This document shows positions 12,754 to 23,908 of a stretch of 64,000 nt of DNA, piece after piece. This DNA is from Podarcis muralis (Eukaryota): NCBI RefSeq assembly GCF_964188315.1, contig NC_135667.1:9672001-9736000 (forward strand), in the 5' to 3' direction. The notes below the pieces were generated by a model. It saw only the letters and a list, made by a program, of their open reading frames with translations. It was not told the origin of the DNA and did no database searches. Within the stretch, counting starts at the first letter, position 1, and the number at the start of each line of letters is the position of its first letter. Position numbers and translations under genes: made by a program.

Positions 12754-14048
12754 GTGCAGGGTGCAGAGTTAAATTATTACATGACTTTTCCAGCAACTTT
12801 TTGTATTGAAGTGAAGGATCAAACTCACAAATTTGAATCTCCTAACATTCTTGAAACAGTCTTTGTGCTGGCCATGACAAATGAAAGAAGGAAGTCTGCT
12901 GACTTACTACTACTACTACTACTACTACTACTAATAATAATTTGTAGCCCATCCATCTGAACTGGGTTGCCCCAGCCATTCTGGATAGCTTCCAGCATAT
13001 ATAAAATCATAGTGAATGATTTATAGCATAAATAAATAAAAATATCAATATATCATGTTCTGATCTTGTCCTGTATTGAAAGAATATCTACTTTTTCTTC
13101 TTCACCTCCTGCTTTTTCTCATTTCCCTCTTCTAGGCATATTCCCAAGACATCTGGGCTCTGTGTCAAAAAATAATTTTTTTATATAAATTATTAGATGT
13201 TCAGCTACAAGTCTTTGGGCTTAATGCCAGGGGAATTGGGGCAATACACCAACATCAATATTATTCCCTATTTCATACACAGTAGAACAATACTGAATTT
13301 TTTTTTTCTTGTGTGTGGACCGTCTTTCTTTTTTAGCTTACTTGGCTGACTGCAACAAACCCTAACATGTGTAATTAGTGAACTGTAATTTCATCAATAT
13401 GAAGAGAGAGTTATCACAAACCTATCTCATTCAGGAAGTCATTTGTTACTGTTGTTGTTTTGTCTCTTTCTCTTATTTTATTATTTTTGATGGGTTCTTT
13501 TTTTTTTTTACAAAAAATGATATTTTATGTTTATGAATGTAAGAGAGATATTCAAAAATACACTTTATATTCAAATATAGAATAGTTGACTGTTGGATTT
13601 TTGCCAAATTGTTTAAGTCAAACAATGAAGAGATATTGGAGGAATATTGATAAAAGGGTCAAAATAATTAAAAATAAATTAAAATATGAAAATAGTCTTA
13701 ATGTTAAAATGTTGCTAAAATGTGTACAAGTGAATCAGTTAGTGTTGTTGAATAGTCTAATCTTGTTCTTCGAAAAAGGTGCCTTGATAGTAATTAGCCG
13801 CTTAATTGGCATGGGATATCTCTGAAGTCTCCCAAGGCTTTTCCTTATTTTGGAAGCCTTAGGGTGTCAGCATGTTCCAAGGAAGAAAATAATTAAAAAA
13901 GCTTACAAAATCAAATGCACCAGAACTTTTGGGTCTTTCATAGCCAATGCTGTTTCTGGAACACGTGGAATACTACTAAGAAGGTATGTGAGAGTACTTC
14001 CTATATTGCAATGAAAAGGTGGTAACAGTTGTAGAATCGTGGACCCAT

Positions 14049-14242
14049 ATAGAATCATAGAATCTTAGATTTGGAAAGGACTAGTCCAATGCCCTGCAAT
14101 GCAGGAACCTCAGCTAAAGTATCCCTGACAGATGGCCATCCAACCTCTGCTTAAAAAACTCCAGTGAAGGGGAGCTCATCACCTGCTGATGCAGTCTGTT
14201 CCACTGTTGAACAGCTCTCACCATCATGAAGTTCTTCCTGAT
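14049..14242 (-). mobile_element. CR1 3' fragment
   Basis: atagaatcatagaatc tail followed by antisense CR1 3' sequence. Confidence 0.75.
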
Positions 14243-14292
14243 TATTTTCTGTTCAGTTTTCATGTTAAAGTCTGCAACATGTAGGGCATGGA

Positions 14293-14986
14293 NNNNNNNN
14301 NNNNNNNNNNNNNNNNNNNNNNNNNNNNNNNNNNNNNNNNNNNNNNNNNNNNNNNNNNNNNNNNNNNNNNNNNNNNNNNNNNNNNNNNNNNNNNNNNNNN
14401 NNNNNNNNNNNNNNNNNNNNNNNNNNNNNNNNNNNNNNNNNNNNNNNNNNNNNNNNNNNNNNNNNNNNNNNNNNNNNNNNNNNNNNNNNNNNNNNNNNNN
14501 NNNNNNNNNNNNNNNNNNNNNNNNNNNNNNNNNNNNNNNNNNNNNNNNNNNNNNNNNNNNNNNNNNNNNNNNNNNNNNNNNNNNNNNNNNNNNNNNNNNN
14601 NNNNNNNNNNNNNNNNNNNNNNNNNNNNNNNNNNNNNNNNNNNNNNNNNNNNNNNNNNNNNNNNNNNNNNNNNNNNNNNNNNNNNNNNNNNNNNNNNNNN
14701 NNNNNNNNNNNNNNNNNNNNNNNNNNNNNNNNNNNNNNNNNNNNNNNNNNNNNNNNNNNNNNNNNNNNNNNNNNNNNNNNNNNNNNNNNNNNNNNNNNNN
14801 NNNNNNNNNNNNNNNNNNNNNNNNNNNNNNNNNNNNNNNNNNNNNNNNNNNNNNNNNNNNNNNNNNNNNNNNNNNNNNNNNNNNNNNNNNNNNNNNNNNN
14901 NNNNNNNNNNNNNNNNNNNNNNNNNNNNNNNNNNNNNNNNNNNNNNNNNNNNNNNNNNNNNNNNNNNNNNNNNNNNNNNNNNNNNN
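14293..14986. other. Assembly gap (N run)
   Basis: Run of n. Confidence 1.
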
Positions 14987-15253
14987 CCTCTGGTTGCAAA
15001 CGCCTCTGGTAGCACACGCTCCGGGTTAAGAGCTCCACGAACCTGGAAGGAGCCGCGCCTGGTTGCGAACTTTGCCCCGGGTTGTGAGAAGAAATCGCAG
15101 CAGGAGGTGCCATTAGCGAAAGTGCGCTTCATGTTATGAGTGGTTTCCGGTTATGAACGGACCTCCGAAATGGATTTTGTTCGCAGCCAGAGGTACCAAT
15201 GTAGATAAAAATATAATTTAAGCTGTTTCCCCCCTAATACATTTATAGCAATT

Positions 15254-15399
15254 GACAGTGCTTTTTTTTCTGGGGGTACGCATACCCCTAAACATTTTGT
15301 GACTCTAAGTTTGGCCTCATTGAACAGCAGTATTTCAATATGAGTAGGAAAATGAGAGTACCCCTAAACATTATTATTTTTTTGAAAAAAAGCACTGGC
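15254..15399. mobile_element. Short non-autonomous DNA element
   Basis: Inverted termini cagtgcttttttt ... aaaaaaagcactg. Confidence 0.6.
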
Positions 15400-16078
15400 A
15401 ATTGATCATTCCAAAGCGATGTATGCCAACTCCCCTTACATCCCTCCCTACAATAAGCTCCTACTTACTCTTCATGCAATTACTAAGCTTGCTTTTCAAC
15501 TTCTCAATCCCATTTTTGAAGCCACTTCTGTCTGCTATTCCACAGTCCCACTTTGCACTCCTGTTTTTACCTTCACACCCAGGTCAATGTCTCCACGTCC
15601 TCCTCCTCCTCGTATTTTCCAACAACCCTTGCATGAAATCACCCAATGGTATCCTCCTGCATCTTCCTCCTCCTAACTACTATTTACCTTTCACACTATG
15701 TTGACGCCACCATTCCCTCTTTTTCTGTAGACCTTTTCTTGCCCCTTCTTTCATATTCACCCCATTCTCAAGCCTTCTACTCCCCACTTTAAAAAATGCT
15801 TTGCACCCCCATTTCCACCTTCACCCCCTTTCCCTAACTCCTCTTTCTCCCTTTGCACACAAGACTACTCCACATTTCTATACCTCATTGTCTCTCCTAT
15901 TTTGCAGTCCACTTTGTGCACGCAACACATGATGGTATATGCTATTGTATCTTTAAGGGGAGTATAACCTTAAGAACAAGCCTGTCTGTTCATTTGTTCT
16001 GGGTGCTGTACACATATGGGTGAAATATCTGTTCTTATTACATTTAATCTTGAAATGCTGCTACTTATTGCTGCTGTC

Positions 16079-16273
16079 AGCCAGTGTGGTGTAGTGGTTA
16101 AGAGCGGTGGACTCATAATCTGGTGAACTGGGTTCGCTTCCCTGCTCCGCCACATGCAGCTGCTGGGTGACCTTGGGCTAGTCACACTTCTCTGAAGTCT
16201 CTCAGCCTCACTCACCTCTCAGAGTGTTTGTTGTGTGGAAGGAAAGGAAAGGAGATTGTTAGCTGCTTTGAGA
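16079..16273 (+). mobile_element. tRNA-derived SINE (Squam3-like), truncated by gap
   Basis: Box A gtggtgtagtggttaagagc, box B gggttcgcttccc; homologous to 29222-29455. Confidence 0.8.
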
Positions 16274-16499
16274 NNNNNNNNNNNNNNNNNNNNNNNNNNN
16301 NNNNNNNNNNNNNNNNNNNNNNNNNNNNNNNNNNNNNNNNNNNNNNNNNNNNNNNNNNNNNNNNNNNNNNNNNNNNNNNNNNNNNNNNNNNNNNNNNNNN
16401 NNNNNNNNNNNNNNNNNNNNNNNNNNNNNNNNNNNNNNNNNNNNNNNNNNNNNNNNNNNNNNNNNNNNNNNNNNNNNNNNNNNNNNNNNNNNNNNNNNN
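16274..16499. other. Assembly gap (N run)
   Basis: Run of n. Confidence 1.
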
Positions 16500-17976
16500 A
16501 CTACTGTTGAAATTTATTACCTGTCCTTCACCCAAGGTCCCAGGCTGGGTTACAACAATTAAACACAATATGAATATTAAAACAGAATATTAAAAACATT
16601 TAAAATAAATTAAAATTACAGAAATGCGATGGGTCCTAAAAATATGAATCTCAAGAATCAAAAATCAGGGTAAATAGGTGCATCTTCAGCTTTAGCAGAA
16701 ATCTGTATAATGAAGATGCCAGGCAGTCCTTCTAGGTCACCATCTCCTGAGAATCCAAGGGTGGTTGACTGACCAGGAGGCTAACCTCCACCACTCTTAG
16801 CACCCAACACAGTTGGCATGGAAGGAGGCAGTCTCTGAGATATTTGTGAAGACCACACATAGCACCAAGAGTGAAATATGTTGTGCGGAGTTATTTTGGA
16901 TTCTTTGGGGGATTATGCATCCTTTGATTCTCTCACATAAGGCATCTGAAGATTGGAAGAGGGAAATTTTGTCTATCTGATACATGGCGGTTTGAGTAAA
17001 GCAGGGATTGAGCAATACTGAGCAGAAAATTGCCATTTTAAACAGCAGAGGTTAGGATAGAAAAGGAATGGAGGAATACCGAGGAGATGATTTAACAGGG
17101 GTGAGTATAACAACACAAAAAATAACATAACAAAGCCTTGACAAACCCTCCTTCTTGCTGTATGCAAAGCTTGCTTTAAACTGTCACTCATCTTGCCCCT
17201 GTGTCACCCACTTCTTGCTTTACTCAAACTTTTGCCATTGTATAAAATGCACACTTTTTTGCCTTTCAGCCCCCCCCCCTTATCACTGTTCTCAAACTTC
17301 TCCCCCTTCCATTCCTCAGCTTCCTCATGAGAAAGAGACAAGGATGCGGAGCACTCAAACATTACATAGTACTTTTCTCAAACCTCTGCCATACTTTAAA
17401 ACCACAATTTTCCTCTCTGTTGTCTCCATTCCTGCATTACTCAAACTTCTGCCATTGTTTTAAACAAGCTGAACAATATAACACAACACGATGGCCAATA
17501 ACAATGACACTAAACACTATTTATAGACTAATACAAATGTTAAGAAATTACAACCAAAGTCTCTAAATCTTCTTCACCAGTCGCGATAGAATAATTCAAA
17601 AGTTCAATATATATATAATCTGTCACCAAATATCGCCGGAACAGAGTTGTAATTTCTGAACATTTGTTCACTATAGACTTAGTGTTTAGTGCCATTGTTA
17701 TTGGTCATTGTGTTGTGTTATTTTGTTCAGCTTGTCTATATTGCAACACAGGGGTCTGCTTACGGATTATTGTTTTAAACAAGCACATTTCGCCTCACAA
17801 CATCCATGTTTTCTTGCTCCCAAGTCATAGCACAGAGGACATGCTGTGATGAGGCACTAAAAATCCTCCAATGGTGGTTGTGATATATATTCATATTTAT
17901 ATTCATATTTCTGATCTTCCACTGGGGGAAAAAACCATTTTGTTTGCTTGCATTATTTCAGGAAGGAAGAAACGAC

Positions 17977-18906
17977 ATGGTCAATGTCACATTTGTCACT
18001 GAGTTTATTCTCCTGGGATTTCCTGAACTTCATGGACTAAAGATGCCATTCTTTACCATACTTCTAGTGATGTATCTTCTCACACTAACAGGAAATAGCT
18101 TAATAATTGTGATTGTTTGCATGGAACCCATGCTACATACTCCAATGTACTTCTTTCTCGTCAACTTCTCCATGGCCGAGATCTGCACCACAACAACAGT
18201 AGTACCGAAGATGTTGGTCAATGCCATCTCAGGCAAAACCACAATCTGCTTTGCATGCTGCATGGCACAAGGATTCGTGGTTTTTGCAGTTGGCGCTGTT
18301 GAATTCATCACTCTCACAGTCATGTCTTTTGATCGTTACATTGCCATTCGCAAACCTTTGCTCTATAAAACCATCATGACCAACAGACTCTGCCTGAACT
18401 TGACCTGGATGAGTTGGGTTGTAGGGTTTGTGATCGTCTTTTCTCAGTCTGTAGTAGTGTGGACTTTCCCATTCTGTGGAAACAATGTCATCGACCACTT
18501 CTTTTGTGATGTTGGACCAGTTCTGAAACTGGCCTGTGCCGACACCAGTTTAATGGAGCTGATAGGTCTCATATATGGTGCAGCCATCATGTGGGGTACC
18601 TTTGGCCTTTCACTGATCTCTTATACATGCATTATAGCCACTATTATTCAAATCCCTTCAGCCACTGGACGATCAAAAGCATTTGTCACTTGTGCCTCCC
18701 ATCTTATAGTCATCACCATGTTCTACCTGGTGCTCATGGTCATGTACTTAAGGCCTTCAACCCATGGTAACACACAAGTCAACAAAGCAGTATCTATTGT
18801 GCACACTAATTTCATTCCCTTGTTAAACCCTTTCATTTACACAATCCGAAACAAAGATTTCAAAGCAGCCCTGCAGAAAAATGCGAAAAGGAGGGTTCTT
18901 TTTTAG
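17977..18906 (+). CDS. Olfactory receptor, family-6-like, open frame, 309 aa; close paralogue of 11521-12450
   Basis: MVNVTFVTEFILLGF, LHTPMYFFLVN, MSFDRYIAIRKPL (Cys to Arg), KAFVTCASHL and LNPFIYTIRN motifs. Confidence 0.93.
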   Translation: MVNVTFVTEFILLGFPELHGLKMPFFTILLVMYLLTLTGNSLIIVIVCMEPMLHTPMYFFLVNFSMAEICTTTTVVPKMLVNAISGKTTICFACCMAQGFVVFAVGAVEFITLTVMSFDRYIAIRKPLLYKTIMTNRLCLNLTWMSWVVGFVIVFSQSVVVWTFPFCGNNVIDHFFCDVGPVLKLACADTSLMELIGLIYGAAIMWGTFGLSLISYTCIIATIIQIPSATGRSKAFVTCASHLIVITMFYLVLMVMYLRPSTHGNTQVNKAVSIVHTNFIPLLNPFIYTIRNKDFKAALQKNAKRRVLF

Positions 18907-21900
18907 CTCTTCCAGCATTGTGTTTTGAATTCAATGATTAATAAAAAATAGACCATAACGTGTGGACGTCCTCCTATGCCTTGAAAATACCAAGGGTTAT
19001 TTAGTTACTTATCTCCTTGTCATCTGGAGGGAGAGCGTTCCACAGAGTGGGTGCCACTGCTGAGAAGGCCCTCTACCTAGTTTCCAGTAGCTTCACTTCT
19101 CACAGTGAGGGAACCAACAGAAGGCCCCCGGTGCATAGCATATGCTTTACTAAGATGGGTTTTTGCTCTGTTCCAACTATAAGTCTCTTAAGTTCTTGAA
19201 AAATAGTCTGGTTGAGAGCAGGGGTGGATTTAGGGCTGTCCAAGAGGTGCACACTGGAATCAAGGGGGCACCATCCCAGAACCAGGGAAGAGATGCATTA
19301 GGCTATGGAAAGCAGGTGAGAGGCTCTGACAAGGTCCTAGAGCCCTCAAGCCTCCTTCCCAAACCTTGGTTAGCACTTTTCCAGCTTTGGGAAAGAGGTG
19401 GGAGTTAATGCAAGGACTGTGCGTGGGGCACCAAATTTTGGCCTCACACCAGGACACCATAGTACCCAACTCCATCACTATTGAGAGACTCAGGTCTCCA
19501 GGGCAGAATAAATTTTCTGTTATTAATGATGGAGAGAGGAGCTTGTGGGATTATGGAGCAGTATTTTTTTATATTGTGGATGCTTGCCATGTCTTGTAAA
19601 AGAAAGCCACTTCCGAGCTAGAGAGGAGGTGGGGTTGCGGGCTTCACGCCCCTCCCCACACTCGTGGGAGCTGGCTTCAGCCCACGCGATAGCAAGGAAT
19701 CCTCGGATGCGTCATACCCTGAGCCAGCCAATTGGCTGGCGCAGGGGGGGGGGGCATGGCCTCACCTACTTAGGTCTGGTGCGGCCAAGGGTCTCCCTCT
19801 TTCTGGTAAAAGAATTAAAGTTTTCTATCCCCTTCTCCCCCATTCTATTCCCCCTTTCTCTCTCTCCCCACTTCTCTTCCCTCCCCCAATCTTATACTGT
19901 AAACACCATTAAAGTCTCACTTTGAATATAATTGATCGGTAAACAGGTTTTAGGACCAGAAAACAGAGACAATGTACATATTTTTTTAACTCAAGAAAAT
20001 CTTTAATAAAAACATTTTTTAAAAAAATGCCAGGGTAACAGAAGTAGATATTGAGTACCTTGGGGTTCATATGGCAAAAATTGTATAATAAAGGTGCAAG
20101 ACAACTATTTGTAGGGAGGGAGTTCCACAGTTTAAGGGATCCCACAGAGACTTGTCTCTGTTGGGCCTGTGTCACTGCATGCTTCGTATTAATTTGTTCC
20201 GATTAATGCTTGATGTCTTCTTCCATTTGGAATTTGAGTGCATACTTTGAAGAATTTGCATAATCAACAACAATTATCATGGAATTTCCAAGTCTACTGC
20301 ACCTCCCATGAGAAAAACAACAACTCATTAGTACTGTACATTTACATTTTCCACTGGCAACTTTTGGCTCAGCTTGAGTTTCATCAAAATGGGATTGCAG
20401 AGGATAGTTTTAATAAGAGACATTCTAATGCGATAGACAAATGAACCGGACTCCAGGAGAAGGCATTTATTATCATTATCTCTGAGTTCTTTTCATTGAG
20501 ACAGTTCTTCTGCGCTCCTCCATAGCAATTAACAACAAACCTTTTTCATGGAGGAATCCTTTCATCCATCGCCACTCAAGTTTCAAATATTGTTGGGGGA
20601 TATTTCTTAAGGTACATGATGGCAGAGAGCTACCTTTGGAGGACAGGTTTATTGATGACCACTAGTCATAACGGCTGAGTACTACCTGCAGTGTCAGAGG
20701 CAATATGCCACTGAGTAACAGCTGCTGCTACTGAGCTCATGTATTTCTTGTGGGCTTCCCAAGGCCATCTGGGATGGCCATCGTGAGAGCTGGATGCTGG
20801 ACTAGAAGGGCTTTGGCCTAATCAGTAGCTAGGTTCTTATGAGATTTATAATAAGAAAATAAAGTTGGAGTTGGCCTTGCTTGAAATGACGGTGCAAATA
20901 CTACATAAACATAAAGCTGTGCATCACATTTAAAAATTATAGGTAGCCATATGACCTTTGGGTTCTACCACATTTGTATCCTACCTTTTCTCTACCACCA
21001 ATTCCTTATTTCTTCTTTTTCTTAAAAAAAATAAATGGTTTCCACAAATTCAAAACACACAAACAAACATCGTGTTTAAGTCTTGGCAACATTATTAAGT
21101 GACTTCCTCAAATCCCCTTGGTTGAAATTCATTATATCTCATTTTAAGAGTTTTCCAAAATCGATTTTCCCCAAAAATTAACATGGTCACTTAACAGCTT
21201 TCATTTTTTCTAGTATGACTTTAAACAGCTTAAATCTTATCCTTACATATTTAAATCCTAAGCCAATCTATTTATTTGCAAGCTTTTCCAATTAAGTTAT
21301 CTTAACATACCGTATTTTTCGCTCCATAGGACGCACTTTTTCCCTCCTAAAAAGTAAGGGGAAATGTCTGTGCATCTTATGGAGCGAAAGTGTGGTCCCT
21401 GGAGCCAAATCGCAGTCTTGAATGCCTGTGGATAAAATTCATGGGTACATGGAGGCAACCAATGTACAAGGACATTGTGCATGGAAGGTTCAAGGGAGGG
21501 ATGGTTGGCATATCAGCTCCTATCTTCCCAGGGGGTTAACTGCTCCAATGGACAATTATACAGCAATTGCTATATAGTATACATTAAGCTGCTCCAAGAG
21601 GCTAAAAGCTGTAGAGCAGGGGGATAAAGGCAATTCTCAAGCAACGTTATAATATGTGGATTTTTTAAAAAAATAATTGGTAAAAGAATCAGAATAGTTA
21701 GGATAGTAAATGTGGCTAAGGAAGTAATAATTTTAAAAGACCCAGGGGAAAACAATTTATGTGGTGGGTAGATGGTCTAAAACTAACAGCAGGGCTTATG
21801 TGGGTGCAGACAGCAAACAGAGAACACTGCAGAGAACCTGAAGAGGTGTATATCCAAAGATGGAGGTGAGGTGCAGAGGAGAAGAAGATCCATTCATTTC

Positions 21901-22534
21901 AACAGGTCTGCTGTGAGTAGAGCTAGCATTGGTGACGACCTTCCCGGTTGATGAGGACCTTCTGGCAAGCTTTTATTTCATGAGGCTGACAATGTTTTGT
22001 TTTGTTTAGTTTTAGTTTAAATTCTGTGTTTTCCTTGAAATAATTTTGTTCCAGGGTGGGCAAGGGCAGCTGATCATTTTCCAGAGCCTCATTCCCAAAA
22101 TCACACAAAAAATGTCCCCCCACCAAGGATATCTATCACTTCGGTTGTGGATCTATTTGAGAACCAGGGTTGTTGTTGTATGTTGACTCGTTTTGAAAAT
22201 GATTTATGATTTTTAAGTGCTGACCCCATCTTCTGTCACCATCACTCAGTTCTTTTATATTATTATACTGAATTGCAATGGTATGCACTGTGGTATGGTA
22301 TTGTAAAACAGCCTGGGTGGTGTTGGTTGGTTTTTGTTTTTGTTTTGCTTATTTTTATATATTAGGATGGCAGGAAACATATGTATCAGCTAAATAGTTA
22401 GACTAACAAACTTCCTCTTTCTGACTCCCATAGGAATAAGTAAAACCACTTTCTCTTAAATCTTTGCTCATTGAAGCAAGGAATGGAAACCAATCAAAAA
22501 GATGCACTGAGCAATATGTTTGGGCTCCTCTAGA

Positions 22535-22573
22535 GGATATTGTACAATGACAAGCCTGACCTACATTAGTGTG
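22535..22573 (-). other. Recombination signal sequence, 23-bp spacer (V-type)
   Basis: Minus strand immediately after the V coding end: heptamer CACACTA (22573-22567), exactly 23 nt of spacer, nonamer ACAATATCC (22543-22535; 7/9 match to ACAAAAACC). Confidence 0.85.
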
Positions 22574-23052
22574 GCTGATCTGGCACAATAGTAGACGCAA
22601 GCATCTGAAATGGTCAGGGCACTCATCGCTAGCTTTGCTGTTGAACCACTGGTGGAAGGTGTCACACGTCCTTTAAATTCATTGGCAATGTCTGCAGTAT
22701 ATCCAGTTCGGAAGCCTGCTATGATAACAAGGCCTTTCCCAGGGGGTTGACGGAACCAATACATGTGGTTATCATCAATATTGTATCCAGATACTACACA
22801 GTCCAGCGTTACAGAGCCCCCAGGGGATGCCATTACTGACCTGGGTTGTGTCAAAGTGACAGATCCAGAAGATTCTACAAATGAAGCACAACATAGGAGA
22901 TGGTGAAATAAAATACTGAACATTGACATACAGGTATGAGATAATGGGAATAATGCCAATTAGAGAACTAAGTTTTAACAAAGGTTTTGCCACTGCTACT
23001 CACCAGCCAAGAAGAGCCACAGGGCAGAGCAAATGCAACCGAAGAAATTCAT
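22574..23052 (-). CDS. Antigen-receptor variable gene segment (leader + V exon), IgH-V-like; possible VH-delta-type or orphon
   Basis: Leader exon 23052-23004 (ATG...GCT G|gtgagt, 49 nt), 129-nt intron ending tttgtag, V exon 22874-22574. Spliced product: MNFFGCICSALWLFLAESSG-SVTLTQPRSVMASPGGSVTLDCVVSGYNIDDNHMYWFRQPPGKGLVIIAGFRTGYTADIANEFKGRVTPSTSGSTAKLAMSALTISDACVYYCARS. It has Cys22, Trp36 and a YYCAR motif, and no stops. Confidence 0.9.
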
Positions 23053-23136
23053 CACACCAGAGCAATCCTTGCCTTGGGTTCAGCAGCCTTGTGTCATCTA
23101 TTTGCCCTGGGTATACTAGGCATCAGCATCAATGTG

Positions 23137-23209
23137 TTTTTATATATTCCAGAGGAAACAAAGCTAGTTTGCATTTCAAAAGTGCTCCTTCATTTATTCC
23201 CTGACATCA
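23137..23209 (-). promoter_or_regulatory. Putative V-gene promoter: TATA, octamer-like and CRE-like motifs
   Basis: Read on the V sense strand: TGATGTCA (23209-23202), ATGCAAAC (23174-23167; 7/8 octamer) and TATATAAAAA (23146-23137), about 85-155 nt upstream of the ATG. Confidence 0.5.
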
Positions 23210-23339
23210 TCTCTGTACAGCTACACATATTCTTCCACTAACAGCAGCTGGTAACCAGTTTCTTTTCTAGGGTGTTAATCATAGATAAATAAGGTACTGT
23301 AAATAGTGCTGTGACAGAATGGTAAGGGCAAGCTATCAA

Positions 23340-23908
23340 AATAAGAACCTGTTGCCTTAGGCCCATGGCCCATGTAGTCCAGTATTTTGTTATCACAGTG
23401 ACCAACCAGTTGTCTATGGAAATCCTGCAAGTAGGACTGAGCACAATAGCACTCTCCCCAATGATGGACATGATAACAGATACTAAAGTGATTTCTGTCA
23501 TTGGCTGCATCATTCAAATATACTTCTATTTCTTCTTGGGAACTTGTGGTTACATTCTAGAGACTGTAATGGTCTTCAATCAGTATGTACCCATCTATTA
23601 CATATTGAGTTAATCCATCATCATAAGTGCTTGGTTGACATTGCAGCTTGCAGTTAGAACTTGGCTTGGAGCTCTTCCATCTGTTCTTCCATCAATAATG
23701 ATCCTTTCTCAACTCCCATTCTGTGGTCCAAATGTAATTGACCATTACTTCTGTGATATCATCCTAGTGCTGAATCTAGCCTGTAAACACACCACTTTCC
23801 TTGAGTTTCATGTCAACTGCAATTACAGTACTGGGTTCTCTCCTGATAACTTTGGTTTTCACCTGTACATCATCGCAACCATATTGCACATTCCATCAGC
23901 CACTGGGG
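23340..23908 (+). pseudogene. Decayed OR pseudogene (TM2 to about TM5/IC3), multiple stops, frameshifts and deletions
   Basis: Remnants GCIIQIYFYFFLG, QLPFCGPNVIDHYFCD and YIIATILHIPSATG in shifting frames. Boundaries approximate. Confidence 0.85.

Noticed and set aside
16079-16150. tRNA-like A/B boxes
   Set aside because: SINE heads, not tRNA genes; there is no full cloverleaf and they continue into the SINE body.
14226-16593. Long ORFs containing X runs (also 28086-28607)
   Set aside because: Artefacts of translating N gaps.
22329-22337. Perfect RSS nonamer GGTTTTTGT near the V gene
   Set aside because: No heptamer at 12 or 23 nt on the correct side; it is part of a (GTTTT)n tract.
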